DNA of 64,000 nucleotides, from the IMG/VR virus record IMGVR_UViG_3300022602_000024, positions 186,001 through 250,000 of that record; one strand, written 5' to 3'. Of this stretch, positions 35,790 to 45,370 are shown piece by piece. The notes beneath the pieces were generated by a model, which ran no database searches, was not told the origin of the DNA, and saw only the letters and a program-made list of their open reading frames with translations. The translations under genes were made by a program, and so were the position numbers. The first letter of the stretch is position 1. Every line of letters starts with the position of its first letter.

Positions 35790-37454
35790 TTATTCTCCTA
35801 TTTTGTATTGCATGTCAAGCATTTCTTGGTATAGACGTTCGCTTGCCATTTGTCTTAGTGCTCTTACGTTATCTACTGTTGCTTGATTTGCGTAGACTTC
35901 TTTGGGTGCATAAAAAGCCGCATCTCGTAGTGTGACTGAATATGCTTCAAATCCCTTTGGTTGGGTGGCCATTGCTTCGATAGTAACTGCTCCAGCGGCT
36001 TCGTTTTGCTGAGCATTACGATTTACTGTTTCTGTTTTGGTTTCTTGCAAATTGTTAGACAATTCAAATCTACTGTTCATTGCATCATTTACGGGGTTGC
36101 CGGGTCGGTTTAATCCCAAAGAGCCAACTGAGGCATCTTGTGTAGCAACTTCTGTAAATCTAGTAGCCTGTGTTGGTTGTGAAACAAAGGTTGGTGTTTG
36201 CACAGGAGTTGACTGTTGTGAAGACGTAGTATTAACAGTTATACCTGTTCCAGATGGAGCAAATGGGTTTAATCCAATTGATCCAGTAATACTTTTATTA
36301 GACAAACTGGTTGCGGTTATTGCAGAAGCCGCAGATCCCTGCATGACGCTGACGGCCAGTGCAGATGATTGTTGTGCTTGTGCAGTCGAAGCGGCCAATG
36401 ATGCTTGTGAATTTTGTAGTGCGGCTTTTTGTGTTGCTTGGTCTCTTGCTTCTGCTTGTCTTAGTGCCTTCATTGCAGTTGTAGATGGACCGGCCTTGGT
36501 ACTAGATGATGTGCTGGCAGTTGTTGGGGTAGCGGCTGAAGGTGAAGACGACGCTACTGAATCTTTAACTGTTTGTGGTACACCATCTTGTGCCGAAACT
36601 GTGCCAGTAGAACTTACATTAGCACCACCAGCATTAACTGTTGTCACACTGGTCATTGTGGGATTACTCGATGTTTGGCCAGTCGGCGGAGTCACTGCGG
36701 TTGAACTAGTAGTTACTGTAGTTTGACCAGTTTGACCAACAGTTACATTATTAGATGACGAATTTGTAGTTGTAGGAACGGTTGGTGTTGTAGTACTTGT
36801 GCCAGTTGACGAAGGAGAACTAGTATAGTTCAATGATACATTAACATCACGTACTCTCGGTCCATAGTATCCTGCCCAGAATCGATTATCTTTGCCAGTA
36901 AATGATACATCAAGACTGCTTACAGATGACAAACTATAATTGGTGGTAAAATTTTGCGTACCCGAGAATGTTTGTAAATTGATATTTGTATTGTTATAAT
37001 TGTAACTGTAACTTTCTAATGTCTGCCCATTGGCACCTTGTAGGCTGACATTGCCAGTTAATGTTCCTTGAGTAGCGCCTTCATTATCAATGGTCCAAGA
37101 ATAATTATAGCCGTTGAGTTTAATGCCAGAGCCAGCATTGGCCAACGCTGTGTTAATGCCGATTATTTGCGAAGCGGTACTGTAACCCCAAGAAAATCGA
37201 ATAGTATTAGTATCCTGATTCATTGCAGGTGCAGGACCGCCCCAACAACACTGACTTACTCCAGCAGTATTGGTATATGTTATTCCGTTCCATCCTGTTG
37301 GATTGATCAAATTTCCAGTAGAAGAAACAACACCAGTATTTGGATTTACTGTCTGTACTGTTTGTGCTTTAGAATAATTTAAAAGCAAGGATGCCAAGCA
37401 AAGCGCCAAGGCCAATATTTTTCTTAGTGTCATCAACTTTATCCTTTTCATCAT
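35790..37454 (-). CDS. Secreted S/T/Q-rich protein with N-terminal beta-sandwich (carbohydrate-binding-like) domain
   Basis: Signal-like N-terminus; FWAGYYGPRV; long low-complexity linker. Confidence 0.65.
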   Translation of the reverse strand: MMKRIKLMTLRKILALALCLASLLLNYSKAQTVQTVNPNTGVVSSTGNLINPTGWNGITYTNTAGVSQCCWGGPAPAMNQDTNTIRFSWGYSTASQIIGINTALANAGSGIKLNGYNYSWTIDNEGATQGTLTGNVSLQGANGQTLESYSYNYNNTNINLQTFSGTQNFTTNYSLSSVSSLDVSFTGKDNRFWAGYYGPRVRDVNVSLNYTSSPSSTGTSTTTPTVPTTTNSSSNNVTVGQTGQTTVTTSSTAVTPPTGQTSSNPTMTSVTTVNAGGANVSSTGTVSAQDGVPQTVKDSVASSSPSAATPTTASTSSSTKAGPSTTAMKALRQAEARDQATQKAALQNSQASLAASTAQAQQSSALAVSVMQGSAASAITATSLSNKSITGSIGLNPFAPSGTGITVNTTSSQQSTPVQTPTFVSQPTQATRFTEVATQDASVGSLGLNRPGNPVNDAMNSRFELSNNLQETKTETVNRNAQQNEAAGAVTIEAMATQPKGFEAYSVTLRDAAFYAPKEVYANQATVDNVRALRQMASERLYQEMLDMQYKIGE

Positions 37455-38442
37455 CCTTAGGCATCTTCTCTGGATTGTCTGCCCATGCTGCCTTGGCTTG
37501 TTCGCCTATCTTACCTTCATAAGGGCAAGGTGTTCCGGCCTGTGCCATGGCATCAAACACACGACGGTCCTGGCACATGGTAGCAACAGCAGCCACTTTC
37601 ATTCCCATATCGTAAAGAGTCTTGGACAATTTTAATCGTTCGCAATTCAAATCACGAACTGTACCACCAGTGCTAACACCAAATATTTGTGTTTGAACTG
37701 ATCCACTGGTACCTGTTGTACACAGGTCAGCATTACCACCCGACATCATAGCAGGTGCTATAGCAGTTGGAGGAGGTTGAATAACACGCTGAGTGATATC
37801 ACTTACGTTGTTATTGTTGTTGTTTAATGTTCCACTTTGAATGTTTTGATTGACGTTGTTATTGGTAGCGGTACTAGTGCTGGCATTAACATTGTTATTG
37901 TTGTTGGTCATTGTACCAGTGTTAACATTGTTATTGTTGTAGGTCATTGTACCAGTGTTAACATTGTTGTTATTATTAGTATTGGTACTTGTTGAAGTAG
38001 AGGTAGATGTATTAACATTATTATTATTATTGTTATTGGTCATTGTCCCATACTGATAATTTGTGTTTGTACTGGTAGATGTGTTAACGTTATTATTGTT
38101 GTTTGTTAGTGTACCACTTTGAACGTTATTGTTGGTGTAGGTAACTGACCCGCTCAATACATTATTGTTGGTCACTGTTCCACTTTGAACGTTGTTGTTG
38201 GTATTAACATTGGTAGTACCGCCACTAAGAGCGGTATTGTTATTGTTGGTAACTGTGCCACTGTTGACATTGTTTGAATTGATTGTACTAACGCTATTGC
38301 TAGTACTGTTGGTATCAACCAAACTAGATGAACTGTAGCCACCCAAAGCAGTGCTTTGGTTTATTATCGTAGGTGATGTTTGTGCAGTCGCAGACAAGGC
38401 GATCAACGCAGACATACCAATCATTATTATTTTTCTTATCAT
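37369..38442 (-). CDS. Secreted Asn/Thr-repeat protein with Cys-rich C-terminal domain
   Basis: NNNVNTGTMT-type repeats; CERLKLSKTLYDMGMKVAAV..MCQD. Confidence 0.75.
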   Translation of the reverse strand: MIRKIIMIGMSALIALSATAQTSPTIINQSTALGGYSSSSLVDTNSTSNSVSTINSNNVNSGTVTNNNNTALSGGTTNVNTNNNVQSGTVTNNNVLSGSVTYTNNNVQSGTLTNNNNNVNTSTSTNTNYQYGTMTNNNNNNNVNTSTSTSTSTNTNNNNNVNTGTMTYNNNNVNTGTMTNNNNNVNASTSTATNNNVNQNIQSGTLNNNNNNVSDITQRVIQPPPTAIAPAMMSGGNADLCTTGTSGSVQTQIFGVSTGGTVRDLNCERLKLSKTLYDMGMKVAAVATMCQDRRVFDAMAQAGTPCPYEGKIGEQAKAAWADNPEKMPKDDEKDKVDDTKKNIGLGALLGILAFKLF

Positions 38443-38508
38443 TTGATTGCTCCATAAGGTAAGTCTTACCTAAATATTTATAAAGCAATCTACTGAACTT
38501 AAGTGCTA

Positions 38509-38763
38509 CTACTTAGTTTTCGTGGGATGGAATGAGTTTATTTGCCTTTGACTGTCTCTAACGTTAAGAATACATGTGGTTTTTAGTTCCAAGTTGTTGA
38601 TTTTTTCGCACTCAGTGGCGCTCAAAGTGACTCTCGCAATGCATAAATGATGTTGATTTGTTTCGTGTATTTGATTGCACTGATCTATGTCGCCAGCAAA
38701 TGCAGAGGGAAATAGCAATAAAATTACAAGGATGTAATACATACAGTATTTACATACAACCAA
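38509..38763 (-). CDS. Small secreted Cys-containing protein
   Basis: Signal peptide, four Cys. Confidence 0.5.
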   Translation of the reverse strand: MVVCKYCMYYILVILLLFPSAFAGDIDQCNQIHETNQHHLCIARVTLSATECEKINNLELKTTCILNVRDSQRQINSFHPTKTK

Positions 38764-38766
38764 AAT

Positions 38767-38788
38767 AAAAGGCTCCGAAGAGCCTTTT
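38767..38788. terminator. Intrinsic terminator
   Basis: AAAAGGCTC-cgaa-GAGCCTTTT. Confidence 0.85.
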
Positions 38789-38805
38789 GGTTAAGTTAAC
38801 GAAAC

Positions 38806-39723
38806 TTATGCCGGAATGTAATCGATTCCTGTTCCAGCTAATACACCAGTTGTTGCAGGAGAAACACCAACCAATCCAATGGTTTGTTGGAATGCTGTAA
38901 TGTGTGCAGCTGCTGCCAACATAGCACCTTCAGTAGTAGCACCAGTGGCCAACTGTGTTACATAAGGCAAGGCCTGTGCAGGAGTAGGAGCAGTTCCGAC
39001 TACGTTGGTGTAAACAAAGTTAACAAAACTTGCATAGTCTGAACCACCTGCGGCTGTTGCAAATACACTAGAGCTGGCAATGGCTTGACCAACTTGTGCG
39101 CTGGTTTGTCCGGCGTCTTCCATTTTGATACCAAGACCTTCGTATGTGGTGTTGACTGTGCCGCCCAAGCCGGCTTTGAGTAATGCATACACGTCGCCAG
39201 CAGTTCCGCTGACATCAAATGCAGTTGCTTTGTCTGTGAATGTAATACGCTCGTGATTTTCTAATTTGAAACTCACTGTTGTATCTAATGCAGATGTTAC
39301 TAAAATAGCCTTGTTGGTTGTATCATTAACCACTGTGTAGTCTGCACTCTTATCATTAAGCACATAGTTGTCAATACCGTTAGTACCAGTTACATCAATG
39401 ATGGTGTCAATGATGCCATTGCCAATAGCGCCAGTACCAGATGTAGCAAAGCCAGTGATTTTACCACCTGTACCAATGCCGGTAACGATTACCACGTCAT
39501 TGTTAGTGGGAGCTGCGCCACCAAGGGCAGTACCAGCAATAGTTACTGTATCACCAAGAGCATATCCTGTGCCCGAGTTAGTAGATTCAACTGCGGTTGT
39601 ATATACGCCATTGGTTTTTGTTACGTCAAACTTAGCACCGGTACCCGAGCCACTGGTTGTGCCCGTTACTGCGTTATAAGTTGCGTTGATTGGGACTACC
39701 CCGATTGTTACTGTTGTTGTCAT
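38806..39723 (-). CDS. G/T/A-rich surface-type protein with DUF4214-like C-terminus
   Basis: ERITFTDKATAFD and FVNFVYTNVVGTAP resemble S-layer/RTX-associated DUF4214 proteins. Confidence 0.55.
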   Translation of the reverse strand: MTTTVTIGVVPINATYNAVTGTTSGSGTGAKFDVTKTNGVYTTAVESTNSGTGYALGDTVTIAGTALGGAAPTNNDVVIVTGIGTGGKITGFATSGTGAIGNGIIDTIIDVTGTNGIDNYVLNDKSADYTVVNDTTNKAILVTSALDTTVSFKLENHERITFTDKATAFDVSGTAGDVYALLKAGLGGTVNTTYEGLGIKMEDAGQTSAQVGQAIASSSVFATAAGGSDYASFVNFVYTNVVGTAPTPAQALPYVTQLATGATTEGAMLAAAAHITAFQQTIGLVGVSPATTGVLAGTGIDYIPA

Positions 39724-39797
39724 TTATTTTCCTTTGAATTCAATAAAGTAATAGTATATAGTATTTCTACTAGTAGGTCAAATATTTTGTTAGCCAT

Positions 39798-39818
39798 AAA
39801 AAAGAGCCTTTCGGCTCT
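39798..39818 (-). terminator. pstS terminator
   Basis: AGAGCC-gaaa-GGCTCT-TTTTT. Confidence 0.85.
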
Positions 39819-39869
39819 CAGTGTTGGTTACGAGTTCCAACATCCACTCTATCGTTGTGGCCGGTTATT

Positions 39870-40844
39870 TTACTTAGCGTTCCATTCTGCACGGATTTTA
39901 TTTTTAACTCGGTCAGGTAAAACCAAATAATCTAAATCAGTTGCTGACTTATCGCCCTTGGTAAATGCCCAATCAAAGAATTTAGTCACTGCAGGTGTAC
40001 GGTCTAATCCTTTGTAAACAACAACAAATGTAGCACTGGTAATGGGCCAACCATCCAGGTTGTTTAAATCAACCGCAAATCCGGGAACGTCCCAGTTTGC
40101 TGATTTGGCCGAGACTGCAAATGTGGTATCATCGGGTTGAACAACTTGTCCTTTGCGATTTTTCATCACAACATAATTCATCTTGGCCTGCTTAACATAA
40201 GCATACTCTACATATCCAATGGCTCCAGGGAATTGTTGCACGTATGCAGCAACTCCAGGATTGCCTTTACCTGCCACAATACCTTCTTTACCAAAGATAA
40301 CTGTTTTACCTGTGCCCACATTCTTTTTAAATTCTTCGTTGACTTTGCTCAAGAAGTCTGTGAATACTGCGGTAGTGCCCGATGCATCACTGCGTACGAT
40401 CAGTGTGATTGCTTGATCTGGCAATGCTAACCCAGGATTTAGTTTAGCAATGGCTGCATCATTCCAGTTTAAAATTTTACGTTGGAAAATGTCTGCCAAA
40501 GTTCGTCCGTCTAGCACTAACTTGCCGGGTTCAACACCTTTGAGATTGATTACCGGAACAACACCGCCTACCGCAGTTGGAAATTGATAATAACCTTTTG
40601 CACGAATTTCATCTGTAGTAACAGGATCATCTGTGCCGGCAAAGTCCACGGTCTTTGCTTCGATTTGCTTCATACCAGCACCTGATCCCACTGGTTGATA
40701 GTTGATAGCAATACCAGTTTCCTTATTGTATTCTGCTGCCCACTTTGAATATAATGGACCTGCAAAACTGGAACCTGCCCCAGTTACTTGTGCTTGACTG
40801 ACCATAGCCACTGTGGCTAATAAAATTGCTAAGAGTTTGTTCAT
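39870..40844 (-). CDS. pstS: Phosphate ABC transporter substrate-binding protein PstS
   Basis: GAGSSF, YQPVGSGAG, DFAGTD, RSDASGTT, GAIGYVE, WPITSAT. Confidence 0.96.
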   Translation of the reverse strand: MNKLLAILLATVAMVSQAQVTGAGSSFAGPLYSKWAAEYNKETGIAINYQPVGSGAGMKQIEAKTVDFAGTDDPVTTDEIRAKGYYQFPTAVGGVVPVINLKGVEPGKLVLDGRTLADIFQRKILNWNDAAIAKLNPGLALPDQAITLIVRSDASGTTAVFTDFLSKVNEEFKKNVGTGKTVIFGKEGIVAGKGNPGVAAYVQQFPGAIGYVEYAYVKQAKMNYVVMKNRKGQVVQPDDTTFAVSAKSANWDVPGFAVDLNNLDGWPITSATFVVVYKGLDRTPAVTKFFDWAFTKGDKSATDLDYLVLPDRVKNKIRAEWNAK

Positions 40845-40868
40845 TGATTTTCCTTTGTGTTATATTAC

Positions 40869-40914
40869 TATTTAAACACAAATATGTTACAGTTTTATTA
40901 CAAACTCATTACAA
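40869..40914 (-). promoter_or_regulatory. Triple Pho box plus TAAATA upstream of pstS
   Basis: TTGTAAT-gagt-TTGTAAT-aaaa-CTGTAAC (11-bp period), 11-nt gap, TAAATA. Confidence 0.85.
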
Positions 40915-40915
40915 T

Positions 40916-41215
40916 TTAAATATTTTTGCCCAAATTGATTAAATGAGCGCGATTACCCACTCCAACTACACAAGCATCGTTGTTTTGGTATTGGATCATG
41001 GTCCAGGATTTTGTTTTGGGATTAACCATCAATATGTATTTGGAGTCATCGTCAGCACCATTCCAAAATGGCACTTCATTATATTCGCCAGACACATATT
41101 CTATTACAGTTTTAAGATCACTACAAACAATGGGTTTTTGAGATTTATATATTTGGGCGTTGGCTACAAGACTGGTTAGGGCTAATAGGAACGCTATTGA
41201 TCGCCACATAGCCAC
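40916..41215 (-). CDS. Secreted hypothetical protein
   Basis: Signal peptide; TAAATA and SD AAGGAG upstream. Confidence 0.65.
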   Translation of the reverse strand: MAMWRSIAFLLALTSLVANAQIYKSQKPIVCSDLKTVIEYVSGEYNEVPFWNGADDDSKYILMVNPKTKSWTMIQYQNNDACVVGVGNRAHLINLGKNI

Positions 41216-41612
41216 TCCTTAAAGCAGTATTTAGTGACCGGGCCAAGCAAACCAACTATATTTTTGTAGGCGACGTATTACTTCGTCTTCGGTTATAGAG
41301 AATTCTTTAGCAACTATTTCAACAAACATAACCCAATGTTCTGCGTAGTCTTCTATACCCTGTATCCATTGTTGGTACATATTATATAATTGATACTCGA
41401 TCATTTCTTGACTTTTTTAACTGGGGGTATTATAGTGGGTTTTGAAGATTCCTTGGTTTCTCGGAGTAGGCGTTCAACAGTGGGACTATATCGATGAGAT
41501 GAATGACTTGGGGGTTCTTTCACATTGGGTTTGCGTCTAAACCAACTCATCGGCATCTCCTTAATCTTACAGATATTTACACACTGGTATCTGTAAAATT
41601 AAGTACTGCGTT

Positions 41613-41912
41613 TTAGTCTATCTTCTTTGCTATTTCTTCGTAGAAAGAGTCTAGTTCCCCGCCAAATTTGCCCGTTAATATAGGCATTAAATCTCGACAC
41701 AGTTGATAGTTTTTGGCATTGTAAGCATTTATAAACTCTTGGTGCAGATTCTTGTAACTTTCCAATGTAGACATTTCCATCACAATCTTTTCTGCTGGCA
41801 GTACACAATACACCGGAGTAGGCTCGCCATTGACGTCAAAAGTTTCAAGCTCTAACAAGGTATGCTTGCTCTTTAGCAAATGAATTGCAGTTGGTTCCCA
41901 AACTATTTGCAT
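41613..41912 (-). CDS. Hypothetical protein
   Basis: ORF coupled to exonuclease. Confidence 0.65.
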   Translation of the reverse strand: MQIVWEPTAIHLLKSKHTLLELETFDVNGEPTPVYCVLPAEKIVMEMSTLESYKNLHQEFINAYNAKNYQLCRDLMPILTGKFGGELDSFYEEIAKKID

Positions 41913-42445
41913 TAACGTTCCTTTGATATTTTTAATCTATGATATATTTCCTGCACACCTTGTGCTTGGCTAATACAATCTTCTAAGGCATTGTGTAGGC
42001 CGGCTTTGTTTTTTTCTCTAGGATCGCCATGTACTCCAAACAAGGTACGACTATCACGTATTTGCCAAAACTGCCAAGGTGTAGGCCAGCCCATTTGTCT
42101 ATAGATGTTTTCTAGTATCACAATATCAAATGCAGGGCCTTGGCACCAAATATTATTTACGCCAACTAAGAATCTATTCAGTTGTTGATACATGTCGGTT
42201 AGGCTGATGCGTCCGGTTTCGCCTAATGCTTCTTCACGAACATCTTCAGCTTGTCTCCCCCACCATTCAAGAGTATCTTCTTGTACCTCACGGCCCAGTT
42301 CTAACTGTTCGTTAACATCAATTCGGAAATACAATCCGTCTCCGAACCGGTCAACTTCAAAAGGATCAAACTTGACTGCGCCTAGTGTGAGTATGGCACA
42401 GTCAGGGCGGGTTCCTAACGATTCTAAATCAATCATACAATCCAT
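41912..42445 (-). CDS. DEDDh 3'-5' exoribonuclease (Rv2179c-like)
   Basis: MIDLESLG, WCQGPAFD, HNALEDC. Confidence 0.88.
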   Translation of the reverse strand: MDCMIDLESLGTRPDCAILTLGAVKFDPFEVDRFGDGLYFRIDVNEQLELGREVQEDTLEWWGRQAEDVREEALGETGRISLTDMYQQLNRFLVGVNNIWCQGPAFDIVILENIYRQMGWPTPWQFWQIRDSRTLFGVHGDPREKNKAGLHNALEDCISQAQGVQEIYHRLKISKER

Positions 42446-42465
42446 GCTTGTATTATACTAGGTTT

Positions 42466-42945
42466 TTACTTAGTTGTCAAGATTTTGTGGCTTTCTGCTT
42501 CAGCCACACGTCGACGCAAATTGGTACTGGAGAAACTGTGATCTCGTCCATTGTGTACAATTTCGATACCACGTGCCCAGCAGGCTTCATCACCGGTAAA
42601 TCGTTTGCCTTCGTACTCAACACCCAATACACGTACATCAATTGGTAATGTAAGTAAGATGTCTACTAGGTCTTGCTCCGTGCTATATACCACAACTTCA
42701 TCTACGTATCTGCAGCCTGCCAATTGTATTTGACGTTCCACAATGCTTTGGATAGGTTTGTTTTTGGTATCGGGGCGATCAATTGTGGGATCTGTTTGCA
42801 AGCCAGCAATTAAATAATCGCAATGATTTTTGGCATCCGATAACATGGCCACGTGTCCAGCATGTAAAAGATCAAACGAACTAAAAACTATACCAATTCG
42901 TTTTCCATCGGCTTTGAGTTTTTTAAAATTATTAAATATGTTCAT
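42466..42945 (-). CDS. Cytidylyltransferase (TagD/RfaE-like)
   Basis: FDLLHAGH (HxGH), YVDEV, SSTNLR. Confidence 0.9.
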   Translation of the reverse strand: MNIFNNFKKLKADGKRIGIVFSSFDLLHAGHVAMLSDAKNHCDYLIAGLQTDPTIDRPDTKNKPIQSIVERQIQLAGCRYVDEVVVYSTEQDLVDILLTLPIDVRVLGVEYEGKRFTGDEACWARGIEIVHNGRDHSFSSTNLRRRVAEAESHKILTTK

Positions 42946-43634
42946 ATGTATTTTATGGTAATAATATTACGATGTATTTTGTCGTAAAAAGTTGCTCTAT
43001 GTTTTATCCCTAATGCTATCATAGCATCTTTTATTGAGGGATATTCTATATTGTTTATTATAACTGGTTTATATTTTTTTATCAATGGTTTTCCAACTCT
43101 TTTGGCCATTGCTTCACCATGAGATTTTTTCCAGGCTGGATTATTTGCTCTATCAAATTCAATATTGCTTTTACGTATTTTTTCGATAGTTTCAGCAGTT
43201 TGGGTTAAACCTTCATGTCCATTTGATTTTCCTTTTTTAGAATTTTGTATTTTTTGATTACGGAGTGTTTTCTGTTCGGTAGTTAAAGAAGAATGCCACT
43301 GCTTTATTCCAGCAGACCTTTTTTTCGTTATCAATTCTTTATTGGGATGATTACTTGTAGTATCACCACCAGTGCCACCATCTGTTATATTATATAAATT
43401 TTCTACTAACTTACTTTTTTTAATGTATTCTATTTCGAGCATGTCAAGTTCTTTTTTTGACTCTGCCCAACAAAGTATTTCAATTTTAAAATTTTCTTTA
43501 CCGTATTTTTTTATGGCATCATTTAATATAACACCAGATCCATAATATGTTGGGCAAAAATTTGCTGATTTTTTCTGCCCAACATAAGATCTTTGATTGA
43601 TTAAATTTGTCGTCTTGTAAATGTATCCGTACAT
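42942..43634 (-). mobile_element. Free-standing GIY-YIG (Seg-like) homing endonuclease
   Basis: GYIYKTTNLIN..YVGQK, YYGSG, YNITDGG. Confidence 0.88.
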
Positions 43635-43684
43635 GATATCTCCTATACATTATTTATTACATTGACAACATTTAACCTATCATT

Positions 43685-44002
43685 TTAACTGTCCTGTTCA
43701 ATTTTTACCTGTAAAGGATAACCATTGTTGCGTGCCAACAAGGTGACTTCTATACCTTTTTGTTCAGCCATTTCATATGGCATTACTGCTACTACTGCAG
43801 ATCCTTCTTCGTGAACTTTTAATGTCAGTGCTTCAGCAGCACCTTCATCGTAGCCAAAAATAAGTCGTAGCGTTTCAACAACAAACTCCTGTGTGGTAGT
43901 TTCATCATTGATGTAAATTATTCTGTATTGCGGAGGTTCGGGAATGTTCTGTTTAGGAGCGATTCGTTCTCTCACTGGAGTTTCTGTTTTTGTATTGGCC
44001 AT
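43685..44002 (-). CDS. clpS: ATP-dependent Clp protease adaptor ClpS
   Basis: YINDETTTQEFV, VHEEGSAVV, EMAEQK. Confidence 0.93.
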   Translation of the reverse strand: MANTKTETPVRERIAPKQNIPEPPQYRIIYINDETTTQEFVVETLRLIFGYDEGAAEALTLKVHEEGSAVVAVMPYEMAEQKGIEVTLLARNNGYPLQVKIEQDS

Positions 44003-44017
44003 TATTTTTCACTCATA

Positions 44018-44047
44018 ATAAAAGGGGAAGTTTTAAGTTCCCCTTAT
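44018..44047 (-). terminator. Terminator after hsp20
   Basis: AAGGGGAA-N8-TTCCCCTT-TTATT. Confidence 0.7.
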
Positions 44048-44063
44048 TGTAACATACTGCTGA

Positions 44064-44507
44064 TTACTTAGCAAATGTTATGGCGATCTTTTTAGCCTTT
44101 TGTTCTTCCGGAACTACTTCCTCAAGAGCAACTGCTAGGATACCATTCTTAACTGTAGCACCTTTGACTTGAATGTGTTCAGCCAAGGGAAATGTGCGAA
44201 CAAAATTGCGAGTTGAAATACCTTTATGCAAGTATTCCACATCTTTGTCAGTTTTTGTTTGCTCGCCTTTTACTGTAAGAACATTGTCCTTTAGTTCAAG
44301 ATCGATTTCTTTTTCACTGAACCCAGCAACGGCCAACTCCAACACATAGTGTGTGTCGTCCAGTTTGACCACGTTGTGTGGGGGATAATTACCATCTGCT
44401 TTACTGTTGGCAAAGGTTTTGTTCAGCTGATCAAACAGTTGGTCAAAGCCAATTGCGTGACGGTGTAAAGCTGGTAAATCAATCGTGTGAAGTGTAAATT
44501 GTGTCAT
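44064..44507 (-). CDS. hsp20: Small heat-shock protein Hsp20 (IbpA-like)
   Basis: YPPHNV, LAVAGF, YLHKGIS.R.F.R.F.LAEH, NGIL. Confidence 0.95.
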   Translation of the reverse strand: MTQFTLHTIDLPALHRHAIGFDQLFDQLNKTFANSKADGNYPPHNVVKLDDTHYVLELAVAGFSEKEIDLELKDNVLTVKGEQTKTDKDVEYLHKGISTRNFVRTFPLAEHIQVKGATVKNGILAVALEEVVPEEQKAKKIAITFAK

Positions 44508-44572
44508 TTTATTTCTCCTTTAATAAGCAAGTTATGACTAATGTTGTAGCCCGACTATCGGCACTACACATT
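44508..44572 (-). promoter_or_regulatory. ROSE-like RNA thermometer in the hsp20 5' UTR
   Basis: CUUGCUU-auua-AAGGAG hairpin with bulged G over the SD; upstream hairpin UGUAG..CCGA-uag-UCGG..CUACA. Confidence 0.6.
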
Positions 44573-44605
44573 TATTTATTATACACAAAGTCTAATAAAA
44601 TACAA

Positions 44606-45370
44606 TTATTTTGGTTGAATTCTTTTTAGAACTGCATCCCATAAATGTATTCTATGGTGAATAGCTGATACTGCTGCTTGTTCAGCTTGAACAATCTTAA
44701 CAGGATCACTATCGCATAACATTTCAATCAAATCCAGGCTAGCCGGCCCATGCTCGTCGCCATCTATATCGATATGTCTTTCTAGATAATAATAAAATCT
44801 AGGAGTTTGATTTCTGGGAATTTTTAACTGAGCCAACAACGCACTGAACATGTCAGTGATAACAGTTTCTCTGCCAAAACAAAATGCTGCCGCTACCACA
44901 TGCGGATTTCCTGTGTTGATAAAGTCAAATGTACTGGAGACAAATTCTTTACTTTCTTTTGGTACTGAATTTAATTTTAGTGCCGCATCAACTCCGCTGG
45001 TTTTTACTGTTTCTATAAATTTGGTAATTGGGCCAATGTCTGCTCCGATTTCCATCATGCTTTGACAGTATAAATCAAAGTGACTGGATGTTCCTGATAG
45101 ATTAAAATCACTTTCTTCGGCAATTACAATTTCATTTATCAACCTGGCACTTGAACTACGTTTGTAATTGGTTGGCACCCAAGGCACAGTAGAAGGCACG
45201 ATTGCATTTTGTAAAAACTTCAACATGCTCATAAAGTCCCATACTGCATATACGTGACTCTCCATAAAAATGGTTAATTCTTTTACATTCTGTATAACGG
45301 GTTTTGCCAGTAAAGGGTGATTTGCCAACTTAAATTGTTCTTCTTTGATTCTTTCTAAGTTTATCTTCAT
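44606..45370 (-). CDS. DUF3050 heme-oxygenase-like (HDO) protein
   Basis: FMESHVYAVWDFMS, YYLERHIDIDGDEHGP. Confidence 0.85.
   Translation of the reverse strand: MKINLERIKEEQFKLANHPLLAKPVIQNVKELTIFMESHVYAVWDFMSMLKFLQNAIVPSTVPWVPTNYKRSSSARLINEIVIAEESDFNLSGTSSHFDLYCQSMMEIGADIGPITKFIETVKTSGVDAALKLNSVPKESKEFVSSTFDFINTGNPHVVAAAFCFGRETVITDMFSALLAQLKIPRNQTPRFYYYLERHIDIDGDEHGPASLDLIEMLCDSDPVKIVQAEQAAVSAIHHRIHLWDAVLKRIQPK

Noticed and set aside
39800-39835. Hammerhead or HDV-like ribozyme after pstS
   Set aside because: CTGAGAG does not match the CUGANGA core, the GAAA is the terminator tetraloop, and I could not build the HDV nested pseudoknot.
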